NCBI GenBank assembly: GCA_030704615.1
Contig: CM060733.1
Location: forward strand, 49,538,001 to 49,602,000
Direction of reading: 5' to 3'
Source of the DNA: Takakia lepidozioides
Lineage: Eukaryota > Plantae > Bryophyta
Length of the DNA: 64,000 bases
The notes under the pieces are model-generated. The model saw only the letters and a program-made list of their open reading frames with translations. It was not told where the DNA came from and did no database searches. The translations under genes were made by a program, and so were the position numbers. Positions 51,175 through 64,000 of this stretch are shown here, one piece after another; position 1 is the first letter of the stretch; each line of letters starts with the position of its first letter.

Positions 51175-53837
51175 TCAGAGAGTTCAAATGCCACTCCACC
51201 ATGACCTTGCTTAGCTAACCATGCCTTGCTGATGTTGTTGTCTTGCACTTGAGCTGTTTTTGGACACTGGCTGGAACATCCACAAGGCGGCTCTGCTCGA
51301 GAGAGAAATCAGCTTGAATGCAGGGGCAGATTTTGAGATCACAATCGCCACTCAGAACGTTGTTCTTTGCACCGACATGGCATGTCAGCATGCATATCAG
51401 CCCAAACTCATTACTCCGTGAGCCTTCCACTGCCGGAGTGTAATTGGGTATCCAGTTAGGCAATGCTGGTTTCAAAACCCCGTTCCATCCCTGCGTTTCG
51501 AAGATCTGGCTTGAATGGGCTCCGCATCTTGGTCCATTAATCTGCTGCACATTGTGAAGTTTTCTGCCCGTTCACCGCAAGTTGAAGAAGGAGTATTCTT
51601 AAAACACGGGTACTCATAATCTGAAAATGGCTCCAGCTTATGTTGCTTGAGTGCGAATATGAGTGTGGTTGGCTTGGCCGCTTTACATCTGGTCCATCCC
51701 ACTCGATATGATGAGCAGGTTCAGCTTGACTTCTCTCACACAAAAGATGCTGCCAAGATGGGGTTTGCTGCCCTAGATGACTTCCCGTCGTTGTTCTGGG
51801 CTGCAACATACAATTAATCTGGCCCATGGCGAGGGGCCTTGCCTTCCACCAATCATCTGTAAGTCCTGTGAAACTGTTTTTGTGGCAGTTTGTAAGCAGT
51901 GGGCAGCCATGGTGGGCTGTTATAGGATTTGATGAACTCAATGTCGTGTACTGACAACAACCCCTCATCTCTTATGCAAGCATTCAACAAGCCAAGTTGA
52001 CTGCAGAGCATATTCAGCCCCCCACGTTTCTAGTTGCCTAATGTTCTTCATCTCCTGGGCAGAGCATTTTCCAGGGTCTCCATCTGTGATGACACACTAT
52101 CTTCTCATGTGGTTCAGCTTCTGGTCTTGCTCTTGTTTGCACCACCCCAATGAAGGGCAGTTCACCTGCTTGATTCTCTCTATATGGTTGTCTTGGGTCT
52201 TGGCAGGGTTTCCCACAACCGCCTTTCCTTTTCAGACTACCAGTCATCAGCCTCGTTCTCCAATGCTTCACTTTCTTCCCAAGTGAAGTGCTCTCCTCTT
52301 TTATGCTTCAACGTCCCTGCAGGTGTCTTTTCCTTCATCTCCCGTGGTGCTTTCAAATGAATGAGCACTGATTTACATCTGTTGGCAACACTTACGGTGT
52401 CCCTTTCCTTGCATGCCACTGCAAGCCCGCATTGACTTTCTTGGCAGGGAAGTCTCCTCCTTCTCCCTCATTTTCTGGCTCTGTTGGAGCCCCACTCACC
52501 ATGCTATCAGGGCTGCACTTATTTTTGTGGTGTTGCGCGAGCCAAGGGCGATCTTTCACTGGTCCGATTGTTGGCAACAGCTGATTGGAGTCTTCTTGGC
52601 AGAGTCTCCCACGAGCTCCCATCAATTTCAGGCATCAGGTTTTCTACCCTGCCCTTCCACTTTTCATAAGCGAGGTGCCTGTCTTCCTCCCTTTCACTCT
52701 CAGGCAGATTTTTCTTCATGCGATTGCTGCTCCCATACTTCCAGTCCTTGTTTCATTTTCTCCAGCCATCACCCTCAGATTTGACAAGGTATTGCTGCCC
52801 TTCCTGTGTCTTTCCTCACTCCCAGCTGCTGGTTTTATCCCAGATTCACCTCTCATCCTTGCCTGGGGTTTTGCTTGCCAAACAGCCCTTGTGTGGGGAA
52901 CTTCAACGAAAGGCAACATCTCATTCTCAGCTCCTGTCTTTGTACCTCTTTGCAGCAGTCCAGCCTCGGGTGCCTCACTTTCTGATTGCTGGGTTGCATT
53001 CTTCGCCACCAACCTTTGACAAGAAAGTGTGCTCCATCTTCCTCATCTCCTACTGGTTCCCTTGATGCTTCACCTCGTATGTCTTCCTCCTCATGTTTTA
53101 GCAGCAGCTCCCATGCTTGAATTGCTACTTTTCCTCGTAGTTGATCTTGTGCTTTCCTTTTTCTCCGTAGCCTAATCAACAGTTTTGTCTTGGCAGCTCC
53201 CTTGCCATGAGTGCCTTGTCTCACTACATCTCCCTTGGCTGCCACCATCCGTGGAGTCTTTCTTGCACTATTCTGACTCTCGTTGGCATGCACTTGCTGC
53301 GATGCCCCACATGTATTTGCTGCTCCTTTAATCATCAACATAGTGCTCCAGAGCCAATTCCTCATTGTTGACCAGTTGACCTTCTCAGCCCTTGGACCCC
53401 ATTTTCCTTCTCCCATGTTGCCTCGTCTTTCTGCTTCATCGTTTGCTTTACTTGCACGATGTTGCTTCTTCCCTACAGCTCATCATGTGTTGTGGCTCTT
53501 TCCCATGTTGCACTCACTCCCATCATACGTTGTGCAGTTGATAAGACTGAGATGAGTTGATGCAGGATAGGGGGAGGGCTTGCTGGTGTATGTTGTCCGA
53601 TAGGCCCTATGCACAGAGTCAAAGCTGGAAGTCAGCCTTGCAAGGACCCAAGTGAGAGAAGTCTGGTGGGGGTAGCATCTTGGGGGATGGCAGTTAGGGC
53701 AATGTGTGTCTAGGGCAATATATGTCATAGCAGCGGATGATGTACTGCCAATTTTGAGGATAGAGACAACCTGTAAGCTGTAGATTTGTATAAGTGGTTT
53801 CTTCTGACACATATTGCTCCCAGTTTGCCACAACCAG

Positions 53838-53985
53838 TTGTTTGCGTTTGTAGTGCATGTGCGAGCCTGCTGGGGAAGGGCAAAGAGGTCCATGGTTGCA
53901 TCGTCAAAGCTGGAATTGTGGCAGATGTCATTCTGAACAATACCCTTGTGGACAGGGAGTGTTCAATAATATGGCTGAGCGAAGG
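53838..53985 (+). pseudogene. PPR fragment continuation
   Basis: VCVCSACASLLGKGKEVHGCIVKAGIVADVILNNTLVD. Confidence 0.85.
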
Positions 53986-56900
53986 ATAGAGTGTAATGTC
54001 TTTTGGTGCATGTCTCCACCAAAGTCTGCATGCAAGCTAGGGATTTCTCCCGTGCATCTCTCCAAGGGACACCAGTCGACCTTTTCGAGGTTCGACCTGA
54101 GTCCACGTAATTGAAGATTACATCATCCTCCACAGGCTCGCAGGTGGGGTCAATGTGAGCTGCAAGGTCCCTCAACTGAAACTCAACAATACCAGGAGGA
54201 AGAGTGTCCTTACGCACCCTCACCAGGCACAAAGCTTCGAACACCCGAGTCTGTCAATAATCACGAAGAGAGCATGAGGCAAAAGACAAAACCAACTTTT
54301 GACATTTACATCAGAACCACTAAACTTTAATTCAAAGGAACCAACTCACTTTCTGCCTCGTGAACTCGCCCTTCGTAAGAGGCAGAGTGTTGATGCATGT
54401 CCAAGTTTTGATGACACGAAACCCGGAAGCTTTCATGTAGTTGAAAAGAGTTCTCCGTGCCGACATGTCCTTTGACTGCATGAGAAGAAGAGCCCCCGAG
54501 TCAGAAAGGAATTTGTTGTTGAATGAGAAGGCCCACTGCCAGTAACGAGAATCCGATTTGTTCCAAGTGGGGGTTGAATTGGAAGGCAACACATCAGGGA
54601 CAGGGAAACCGTCAGGAATGTCCAGCACCACAAGGTCAGTCGCGTATGCCTGCTGAACTCCATTCACCCAATCCGGCCTTTTTGTGACCTACAGCCAAAA
54701 ACAGGAGAGTCAGAAGCCCAATCCAGATCCAACAGGAAATCAATCCCATCGACAAGCCAGAACAAGTTGCCAAAACAAAATTATTCATACAACAGTTAAG
54801 ACATATGTGCTTACCTGAGTGAGAAACGAAACAAGCATGTCCCATGATTTCGAAGGCACCCCTTTGAATGTCGACTTCTTGGATTCCATCATTGCCAGAA
54901 AACTTTCATTCACCACCTTACGATGGAACTGGCCCAAAACCCTGGATGCATGTTCTCTCGCATTGAAAGGTTGCTCCCTCGACTTTGCTGTTCTCCTATC
55001 TCTCCTAGTTGGAGAAGGTTGTCTCTCAGCGACCTCTGACGGGCCTTGTTCCTGCGGAGCTGCACTCTTCCCCTTCCCCTTCGGATCCCCGGCAATCTTC
55101 CCCTTCCGTTTTGGAGTAGCAGATTTCTTAGGCTCTTTTGGAGCCAGAGCAACAATGATTCTGTCCTGAATGTCTTTGTCAGCCAGTGGGGCAAGTGCCA
55201 CGGCGTTGTCGTTAAGGTTTCTCAAAACAACTTCATCGAATGGTGTGTCCTGTTTTGGCAGATCGAGGTACCATCCACAGTCTCTGAAGTGCGCCCTGCT
55301 CCAGCCTCTGGCAATACCAGCCGTGTACATTGTCTTGTCATTGGAGGGGTCAGCCCACGAGTAGATGAAGTCTGGGTCATCACTAAGGTACTTTCCCGGT
55401 ATGAGGACATGATACATGTACCTGAATGACACACACACCCAAAATCCAGACAGTCAATCGATCTGATCAGGACACACATCACACATCACAAAAAGTGTAT
55501 TGGCATGCAGGTCAGTAATACTGATAAACTAATGTTTGAAAGCCCGATTCAAATTGCGTTGATGCAATGTTGATTCAAGCTGAAATGGAAAACACCAAAT
55601 TTGGAGAATTGCACTTTCAACAAGCACGTATGAGAGGGAAAGCCCATTATCCTAAAACATCTCATGCACAACATGGAACCCCAATCAACCTTGCGTTGAC
55701 GCAAAGAAGATTGGCGGATACACCTATGATAATGTAGCATTGAAAGAGACAGTGATTGGCAACGGAATTCAACATTGCGTCAACGCAAGGTTGTTTTCAT
55801 TAACAGAGGAAATGGAAAACAGTGCTTGAAAACAACCATCCATATCAGATCTTCTGGTATGGATATTCAACCTTGCGTTGACGCAATGTTGAATTCCTCT
55901 GCTGAAACACTTGTCCATGGTATTTGATAACCTTAACTTTCCTACCATTGTATGGAAATCGGGGTATTTAGGCGGGACATTTCTAGCAATCCATACCGTC
56001 AAACAACGTTGCGTCAACGCAAGGCTGTTTGTTGGTACAGTGTAAGCTCTAAACAACATTTCAAACAGACTCCAAACCGACTTTAAGTTCATCCTGGCAG
56101 CATTGCAACTGGAAACCACCAAAAAAACAGCCCAAGAACACAGGAAAACCTACACAGCCTGGCCCTTCATCAACCTTGCGTTGACGGAAGGTTGATTTGC
56201 CTATCAGTTTTTGCCCTTTCACATGCAGAATAACGACTTCATTGGATACCCCAGGTACATGAAAGTGAAACCAAAACAACAGGATACAAGCTTGCGTTAA
56301 CGCAATGTTGCTCGGCTGCACGTCCAGAGCCTTTAGAGCTCCCTGAAAACCTCCAAATTCGCAGTTCTACATGGAAAAAACGAAACAAGAACACAGAAAC
56401 ATACACTTCAAGTACCAGATTTGTTTCTTGGAGGTCACACCTGTACAACACTCGTTTCATTGCTTGCTCGCTGTTGTACTGGTTTTTGAATTCGTAGGAC
56501 CTAGAGATTCTTTTTTTTCTCTCAAACTCCCTGAAGAAACAGTTGTTCCAGACAGCAAGCTTCCATCTCCTGATATAGGCCTCCAGTGTGACCGGGGGCA
56601 AGCCATCTGGATTTTGGAGTCTGCCATTGACTCCCCAAGTGCAGCCACCGCTCGTTTTTCCAACTGCAGCAAGAAAGATCATAAGAATTGTGGAGAGAGC
56701 ACGGAGCAGCACAAGCATTTGAAAATGGTTTTGTGGAAACTTTACTTGGCTCCAGAAGATTGCTTTGTGTAGCCATTGGTCGAATGTGTGGTCGCTAACA
56801 ACTTTTATTGCTTGTGTCTTTGAGTCCCTCTCAGGAGATGGGAACATGTTGGTGTCTCTCACAAGTGGATCGGAATTCCAGATCTCCAACCACCTGATTT

Positions 56901-59158
56901 TGGTTGCATTGTCCACCATTGAAATGGAAAGGCGATGCAGTTTCTCTTGGGTCATTTCTGTTAATGTGCTTTCACCTGTTCCAGAAATTCCGTGCCAAGA
57001 CCTGGATCTGCTATGCGGATTTGTTTGTCGAACGCACTCATGAGGTTCTTCCTTTGATTGTTCATCTCAAATTTCATTATGTCCTCAAGCCCAGTAGCAG
57101 ACCTCTACTCTTATGTGTGGGAAGCATAGTACTCTGTTTTCGCCTTCAAACCAGTTTCTGTTATTTCTTGCTGCATACATTACAGGGAGAAAGAATCAAA
57201 CACTGCCGTTTCTTCATAAAATTTGCAGTAACATCAATCAAACAAATATCAAGAAGCTTACCGTGTACATGTAGTCAAGAAAAGCCTCCCTTGTCAGGCT
57301 GTACCATGTGCTTGTCTTCTTTTCAGCACACCTCTTCATTTGCTGAGGACTAAGCACGTTCGTGAATGACTCCAGTGGCATCAGCCCTATTTTCTGGATA
57401 CGGAATAGAGTGTGGCAGAGATTTGTCATCACATGGGAGGTTTCATTGGACCTGGAAAAACCTTCAACTCATAAGATGATTTCTAATTGTGCAAACGCAG
57501 ATCGGAACGGGAACAATGTTGGTAACTTACTTGTTTATGTCGTGCATGGCTGTCAAGAGCTGCGTGACACGTCCTTTGTGGTCGAGTACCATGGAAACCA
57601 CGCTCCAATGCCATTTGATCTCGTCCGAGTGCAAGCTTGAAATGTAATCCATCCAGGCAAGCAGTCTATGGTTCCCATCCCAGACAAAAAACATCTTTCC
57701 CATAAACGCTTTTGTGGAGGCCTTTTTGGACAGCTTGAACTCAAACTCCCTGTTTACATCCCGCCAGCATGCATCCCAACTTTGCTCTATGTCCTCCGTT
57801 ACAAGACACTCCTCTCCTTTCGTGTTCACAGTGGATACATAGAACACTGCAGATCCATTGACATAGCCGTGAACAAAATCGTTCTTCAACTTCGTGACGT
57901 CGTTCCTCAATGCGGGTCGAACCGCGGGCATGGAGATCATCCTGCATAGTGGGATAACCAGGTTTCCGCCGGGAACCTCCATCAACAGAATCACCTTCGA
58001 GGAGTTCACTTTCTGCCCACCCATAACCTCCTCGGCCTTGTCTTCATAGTGTCCCTCAAATGACTCCTCCTCACCATCACCTTCTGCCACTTCCGCATCT
58101 CCCCCCACTGATTTCCTTTTTCTTTTCCTCTGCATAGAATGAATATCCCTGTGAGTGACAGATTGAGCTCCCATGGATCTACCTTGCGTTGACGCAAGGT
58201 TGATTGATGGGGATGTAGCTTAGTCTGAAATGCATACCGCAACAGTCCATTGAAACAACTAAATGCTTTGCGTTGATGCAGGAATCTTTTGGTGGCTTCA
58301 GATAATCGACTTTCCCTACTTTGCATTTCCTGGTGAGAGACTTCAGATGCAGGGAGTGGCATCAAAATCAGCCTCGCGTCAACGCAAGTTCATGTCACCT
58401 TCATAAACAAACACTTTGGAGGTCGGCATCAACCTTGCGTTGACGCAAGTTTGATGTCGAGCTCTTAGTTTGGTGTTCAACAAACAAAAAAATCACATGG
58501 AAAGGCACATTGCAACTTATGGTTTCTTCTTGGCACTGTATGATGCACCGGGAGCATTCAACAGTTCCATGGCTGCCAGGCGTTCAGGGTTTGTGGGATT
58601 GAACAGAAAAGGCACACGAATCAACCTCGCATCAACGCAAGGTTGATTTGAGTGCAGCATCTGCACTCGTTTCATGCCCAGAACATACACTGTGGAGGTC
58701 GACATCAACCTTGCGTTGACGCAAGGTTGATGTCGACCTTTCTGATGAGCATGGAACAGACCAAAAAAAAAAAAAAAAAAAAAAGGTTGATAGTCACCTC
58801 CGGTTTCTTCTTTGCACTTGATGATGCTCCTGAGGCATTCAACTTTTCCATGAGGTCTGGAGCATACTTCCAAGGAGGTCCCGGTGGTGCGAAACAATGG
58901 CAGACGGTATGGTTCTGTGTCCATCTCTCCTCTCTGGTCTCTCAAGACCTGGTTCTCCACTCGCAGTGCTTCCTCCCGAGCCCAGCTGACTTCCTCGTCC
59001 TCCCCCCCTTCTATTGGAGGTTGCTCTTCGGTCGCCTCCGGGATCACTTCAAGACCTTCCTCTCCAAACAGTGGTTGCAGAATCGGGTTTTGGCGTTCGT
59101 CCTCATCTCCGCCGGAGGTTTCTTCTCCCATTCTAAGTTCCCGTCTCGCCTTCCTCAT
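53985..59158 (-). pseudogene. ParB-MTase gene, copy B, 3'-truncated before the SAM-binding motif
   Basis: FFVWDGNHRLLAW; DLVVLDIPDGF; WRDAREKSLACMQTLVETCT; six intron positions shared with copy A. Confidence 0.85.
55545..58740. repeat. About 13 intronic palindromes, consensus ATCAACCTTGCG-TTGA-CGCAAGGTTGAT
   Basis: Seven copies in 55545-56315 and six in 58175-58740; 44-bp version at 58696-58739. Confidence 0.9.
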
Positions 59159-59910
59159 CCTCTCCTTAGCGTGTACCCTTTGCTTGTTTGATGTGAAGTA
59201 AAGTGTTCTTCAACGTTTTCTTCTCCCTCGTCTCTACAGAATCCAGGGTTGCAAGGACAATATGGAGAAGAAGGAAAAAATGGGGCTACGGTGGGTTCAG
59301 CGCAAGGCCTTCCACGCCTAGATGCTCGCTCGGAACGACCTGTGCGCCACATGCTCATTCCACATGCATGGCGAACACGTGTCTATCTAACCGTTATGAA
59401 TATCTCTGGAAATCATTTTTTTCTCATCCACTGAAATTCGTTCGGGTCCACCACTCATCCGAAAAAGTTCATTGATGAGTAATAGCTTTCGGGATGTTTC
59501 AGAGGAATGTGAAGTATGTACAGTTGTACAGTGGTGCAGGTGCCATTAAAATTGAATGGAAATGGGCATCTCATCTGGAATCTCTGACATGATAGGCAAA
59601 TGGCGGCTCTGTCAGTCAATCTTGCTGAGTTGGTTGTCCAATGCACTGGTGGGGCACCTGTGAGGAAACAGTTGAATTCTTTGATTAGGGCTGACATTAT
59701 CCACTCCGCATTTGGGCACTTTGCGACCGTCCACTTGGTACACATTTCTACGATGTGCCGAACCGCGTTAGGAGACCTGCAAGCGGGTGCGACACCTGCA
59801 ACTGTGTGTAAGGACGTCATCTATACAGCCAAAAAACTCCGCTCTAGTACAACCTGCAATCATAAGCAACGTCGGACTCTGAACTGTTCGTTTTGAAGCA
59901 ACATTGACAG

Positions 59911-62900
59911 ATGGCCTCCCAGCCCATGGGCTCCCTTGATGCGGACTTCTTCAGTGAGGACCACCCTGTCCCCTTTTCTTACGAGGTGGAAGATGACGGT
60001 TTTGCGGTGGTGCATGAACACGTGCTCGCAACGCAGTTTCGGTGGAAAATGGAACTCTATTCCTTGAAAGAGAAGTGTACGATGCCAATGGAAAACTGCT
60101 CAAGTACGCATTCCATAAACCTTCACATACTGCACCAACCACACAATGGAGAGTGACTCCAGGACGATACAGGGTGCTAAGTGCTCCTCGGAGACAGTCT
60201 GCAGGATCGTTCGTTACTCCTGCACAGCATCAATGGCCCAAGAGAAAACACCCGTGGTTGTCAAGAAGGAGTCAAGTACCATTAACACTGTAGTTGAGCG
60301 TTCGGACTCATCCTCCGATGACGCCTGTGAAATACCGCCCGTGGATCAGCCATGTCCACATCAGGAAGCAGATGTGGAGGAGATCACCAATGTCATTCCT
60401 AAACTGAAAACCATGGGTGGGATGGCAGGATTCAAGAGTGAGTTGAGGGGGATTGACTGGAGCACTTTCAATGTTCAGAGGGTGGCATTCTTGCTGGAAT
60501 CTTTTGATGGTAATACTGTTTTTGAGCTGCCTCCTCCTGGTCGCGTTGGGGGCATTTCTAGTCTCATGGAAGGAATGGACAAAAAGCACGATGGGCACCC
60601 TTGGTGCCGCACAAAAACCTCTAATATTCACAACCACGACAACCTCATATTCAGGTGAACAGTCTGTAATGGGCACCTGAAATGCAAGAACATGAAATGC
60701 AGACACTTCGCATTGTCGGGTGTGCAAAACCAAAGCGAATGGGATGGTGTCAGTGAGAATCTATTCAAGCTTGGTGTGACACCTCCATACAGTAACACTT
60801 TTGTGTGCAAGTTCTGTAGGGTGCCACCTTGCTGCCTTACAATGTGTGGCACCAGAATGTACTATGTGGTGCATCGATTCAAAACCATGACTAGAGCCTC
60901 TGTCCATTTCGGTTTTCACAACCACCCTGTGTCCAAGGGGATTACAGGGAGAGCGTTGAGACAGTCTCGCGTCTGATAAGGCAAGAGTTGGATACCAATC
61001 CAACTGGAATCACATCTGCAATTGCCATGGGGGCGAGCAAGTCCTTTCTGGAAAGCCGTATTTTGTGTGCATCGGATTCGGTTGGAGGAAAACTGGAGGG
61101 ACCAGCTTTGGATACTATTATGGACCATTTCTCGATTTTGACTTCTCCAAACATTAGGAGTCAGGTGAACGCTTTAAGAATGGGTTCTGGGAGCCGAGGT
61201 TATATGGACAATATTATGGATTTGAAGAAAAAGAGCATGTACGACTACATCCAAGACAACATTTTCCCGGGGCAAGGAGCCAGGAAAGTGTTCATGTTCA
61301 AAATGTCCACAAAAGGTGAGGGCAGCGGAGTCAGTCTGGTTAAACGTATGCAGTAGGGTGGCGATCTAGGCAACTGCTTCCTTATGTTCGATCACGTCAA
61401 GAGGGTTAAAAACTGGACCACAATGGCATGTCATGTTTACGACCCTGTGTACCAGCGTGTCTTGACAATTGCAGTGTGTGACATGCAGTCAGAGGACACA
61501 GATTCACAGTAGCTCATGTGGGAAGCTCTCATTCGTGTTATGGCCTCCAATGGTCTCCCATCTCCCAATTTTGTTGGTTTCATGGCCGACAGTGCTCAAG
61601 ATAACTTCAACGCTGTCCGCATTGTATTCGGGTCGGGAGATCCAAAAGTGCCAATGCCTGGAAGAGAACGTATGTGTCTTTTCCATTGGACACAATCCCT
61701 GGATAAACACACAAAGGCAGACATCAAGCCAGATATGCAGAGTATGCATCGTCAACTGTGCAAACAGTACAAAGACGCCAAAACTATGGGGGAAGCGAAT
61801 ACATTGTTCTAGACAATTCGTGCCTGGTGGTACTCATCTGGAGCGGCATCGGAGGACAGCATGAGGGCACTGGAAGACTGGTTCGCATTTTGGCATTTAT
61901 GTTACCGACAGTGGGGAGCGGCCATGACAACGGTGAGCGGTTTGCATTCACCTTCCTTTGGGTGCTTCGGATATATCTTTCAGGGTCCCATCCTAATATC
62001 GGCTTTGTGTTTTTTTGCCTTGCAGCATATGTCCATTGAGAAGATGGCGGACATGCCGTCTTGCAATCTAACGGAGACAGTGCACAATGCCTGGTTGCAG
62101 CAATCCGGCAAAAAGAGAAGAGATTTGTATGCGACTACGGCCGATGACCTTATCCGTGCTCTGCAGCAGCAAACCAGATACAGGTAATTCTTGAGGGGTG
62201 GCCTTGGAGGCAAAGGCCCGGACAGGAGCGAGTTGATGTTGCGGGCAGCCAGAAGATCGGGGGATCCCAGCAAAATAGCGTGGGCAGTGAGCATATGTGC
62301 AGATGGCACCCCTCTCGTGGGAAGAGTTCCCCATCTGGAAGGCGAAGAGAGATTCGGGTCTTGCAAACGGAAATTGGATACCCCTCCCGGATCGGATGCA
62401 GACTCCCATAGGGTGGACAGGGTCAACTTCTCGAGGCCACGTGTTCCCTTGGATCAGAGATGGAATTGCGGAACATCCACAGGTGAGGGCCATTCTGCCC
62501 CAGACCGGACCCCTGCATCAAGCACTGTGACTGCAATGGTTGAAGACCAGAACGTGGTGCGGCATGTAATAGAGTCCATGTGCTTGGACGAGGTTTGGCA
62601 TATAGAACGCACAAGTGCTGGATCGCGTGTGAAATGCGCGGCGATCAAGGCCACCAATCATGAAAAATGTACATCATTAATATCCAGAGGGAAAGAACGC
62701 ACTACAGCTCCTACATTCACTGGTTTGTTTCTCCCTTACGGCCAAGGAGAGGCAAAGAACCACAAGTTTTGGTTTTGCGCTGACGATTGCCGGAGATGTG
62801 TGCGTGGGACAGTGAGGCCCTCCGTGGTGAGGAAGCCTACTCCACCAACCGTGTGGCCTGTGAAGATGGGCACAAGTCTCACTCACCAAGAGATCGCAAT

Positions 62901-63408
62901 GCTGGAAGAGGCGGGTTTCTCCCTAGCCAGACATTCCATTATACGTGAAGGTGCTTCAAGTATAAGCGGTTCACGGGTACCTCCGCCTGACGCTCACTTG
63001 TGACCAACCAGACGGAATGGGAAGCTGGTTCGACGATTCCCTCCAACCGCAGAACACTATGGCAAAATCGAGTCCGCGAGAATGCTTCACGCTCGTGTTG
63101 CGGGAAGAATGGAAGTGCCTGATCCAGGGTATGGTCGGGTCTTCAACATGATCTCATCCGCATCTGCGCTGTAGGACAAGACGTACGACATCACTGTTTC
63201 CAATTTTCCCAATTGTACTTGTCCTGATTTTGTTGGTATGCTTTCAAGTAGTTTGGGAAAGAGAGGGAAGTTCATACCGTGCAAACACCTTTACTTCGAC
63301 TTCTTGAGAAGGATGGTTTGTGATCCAAAGCGGGACTTCTTCATTCACCAAGCCACTATGAGTTTCAATGAAGTCAACACACTTCTACAACGGGATACAA
63401 GCCCATAG
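59911..63408 (+). pseudogene. MULE transposase, copy B, with multiple premature stops and frameshifts
   Basis: KKHDGHPWCRTKTSNIHN, LMFDHVKRV, FMADSAQ, CLFHW, CNLTETVHNAW, FPNCTCPDF..PCKH; stops near 60656, 61354, 61510, 61810, 62185, 63001. Confidence 0.92.
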
Positions 63409-63607
63409 AAAGCATTCACTTGACACTCCGAAATCTGTGTTTTCCTTGACTACAACTTGTAATGGAATGACTGTTCAAGTCCAGTGTCTCTCAATGTATG
63501 TCGTCTAACATCTTTGCTATGCGTGGGTCAATGCATTTGTCGCATTGGTCTGTCATTCTGTTTTCATTAGCAAACACAAGAAACTACCTTCAGATAGACA
63601 GATGATC

Positions 63608-63830
63608 AAATCAACCTCGTGCGTTAACACGAGGATTACTTGGAGTTTTCCAAATCCCCCTTGTGCCGACACAAGGTTGATTTTAGTTCTAAGAAAAGAA
63701 GTATGAAGTTCTCTGAATCAACCTCGTGTTGACACGATGTTGATTTTAGTTCCAGGAAAACAACCTCGTGTTAACACAACGTTCATTTCAGTTCTAGGAA
63801 ATGAAGCTCATGTTAACAGAAGGTTGAACT
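63608..63830. repeat. Five subterminal palindromes of type ATCAACCTCGTG-TTAA-CACGAGGTTGAT
   Basis: Degenerate relatives of the copy-B intronic palindrome, downstream of the transposase. Confidence 0.75.
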
Positions 63831-64000
63831 CCAGGAAAGCCCGAAACCCTTCATCCGTTTCACCTTCATGTGGTGAAATCAGCAGTTGGGGGCCCCACGG
63901 TTATAGGCCCACCTTCTTTGTGGTGATGTGGCATGACCTGGACCAGGCTCACGCCACGTCAACATCAGCGCCACATCAGCTGCGTGAGCGTAGGCTCACG

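Larger units (their letters stand above)
53985..64000. mobile_element. MULE copy B, inverted relative to A; left end truncated, right end at or just beyond the window edge
   Basis: Same head-to-head gene pair as copy A; GCTCACG/CGTGAGC terminal motifs at 63946-64000. Confidence 0.88.

Noticed and set aside
50360-53985. Functional PPR RNA-editing gene
   Set aside because: Frameshifts, stops, internal deletions, a large insertion and no E/DYW domain

Overview
Eukaryotic, transposon-dense land-plant DNA: GT-AG introns and PLS-type PPR fragments suggest a seed-free plant, but the taxon is inferred. No intact host gene is evident. The window is a nest of elements. An outer CACTA (TnpA-like gene 6442-45761, right end at 46644) holds a 37-kb CACTA (8323-45400, 19-bp TIRs, divergent TnpD and TnpA-FCP1 genes). 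That inner CACTA contains a Ty3/gypsy chromovirus (37536-44484) and a LINE fragment, and the LINE is split by a complete 14.3-kb Mutator-like element (19115-33444, 11-bp TSD). The main finding is this Mutator-like family. It pairs a GCM/WRKY-like-DDE-SWIM transposase head-to-head with a 9-exon gene encoding a ParB/Srx-like domain fused to a beta-class N6A/N4C DNA-methyltransferase fold. Three diverged members occur (A 19115-33444, C 46645-49450, B 53985-64000+). Each carries its own array of CG-N4-CG-centred palindromes in introns of the ParB-MTase gene; in copy A these form 38 tandem ~115-bp units with higher-order structure. Domain calls come from motif recognition by eye and need HMM or structure confirmation.
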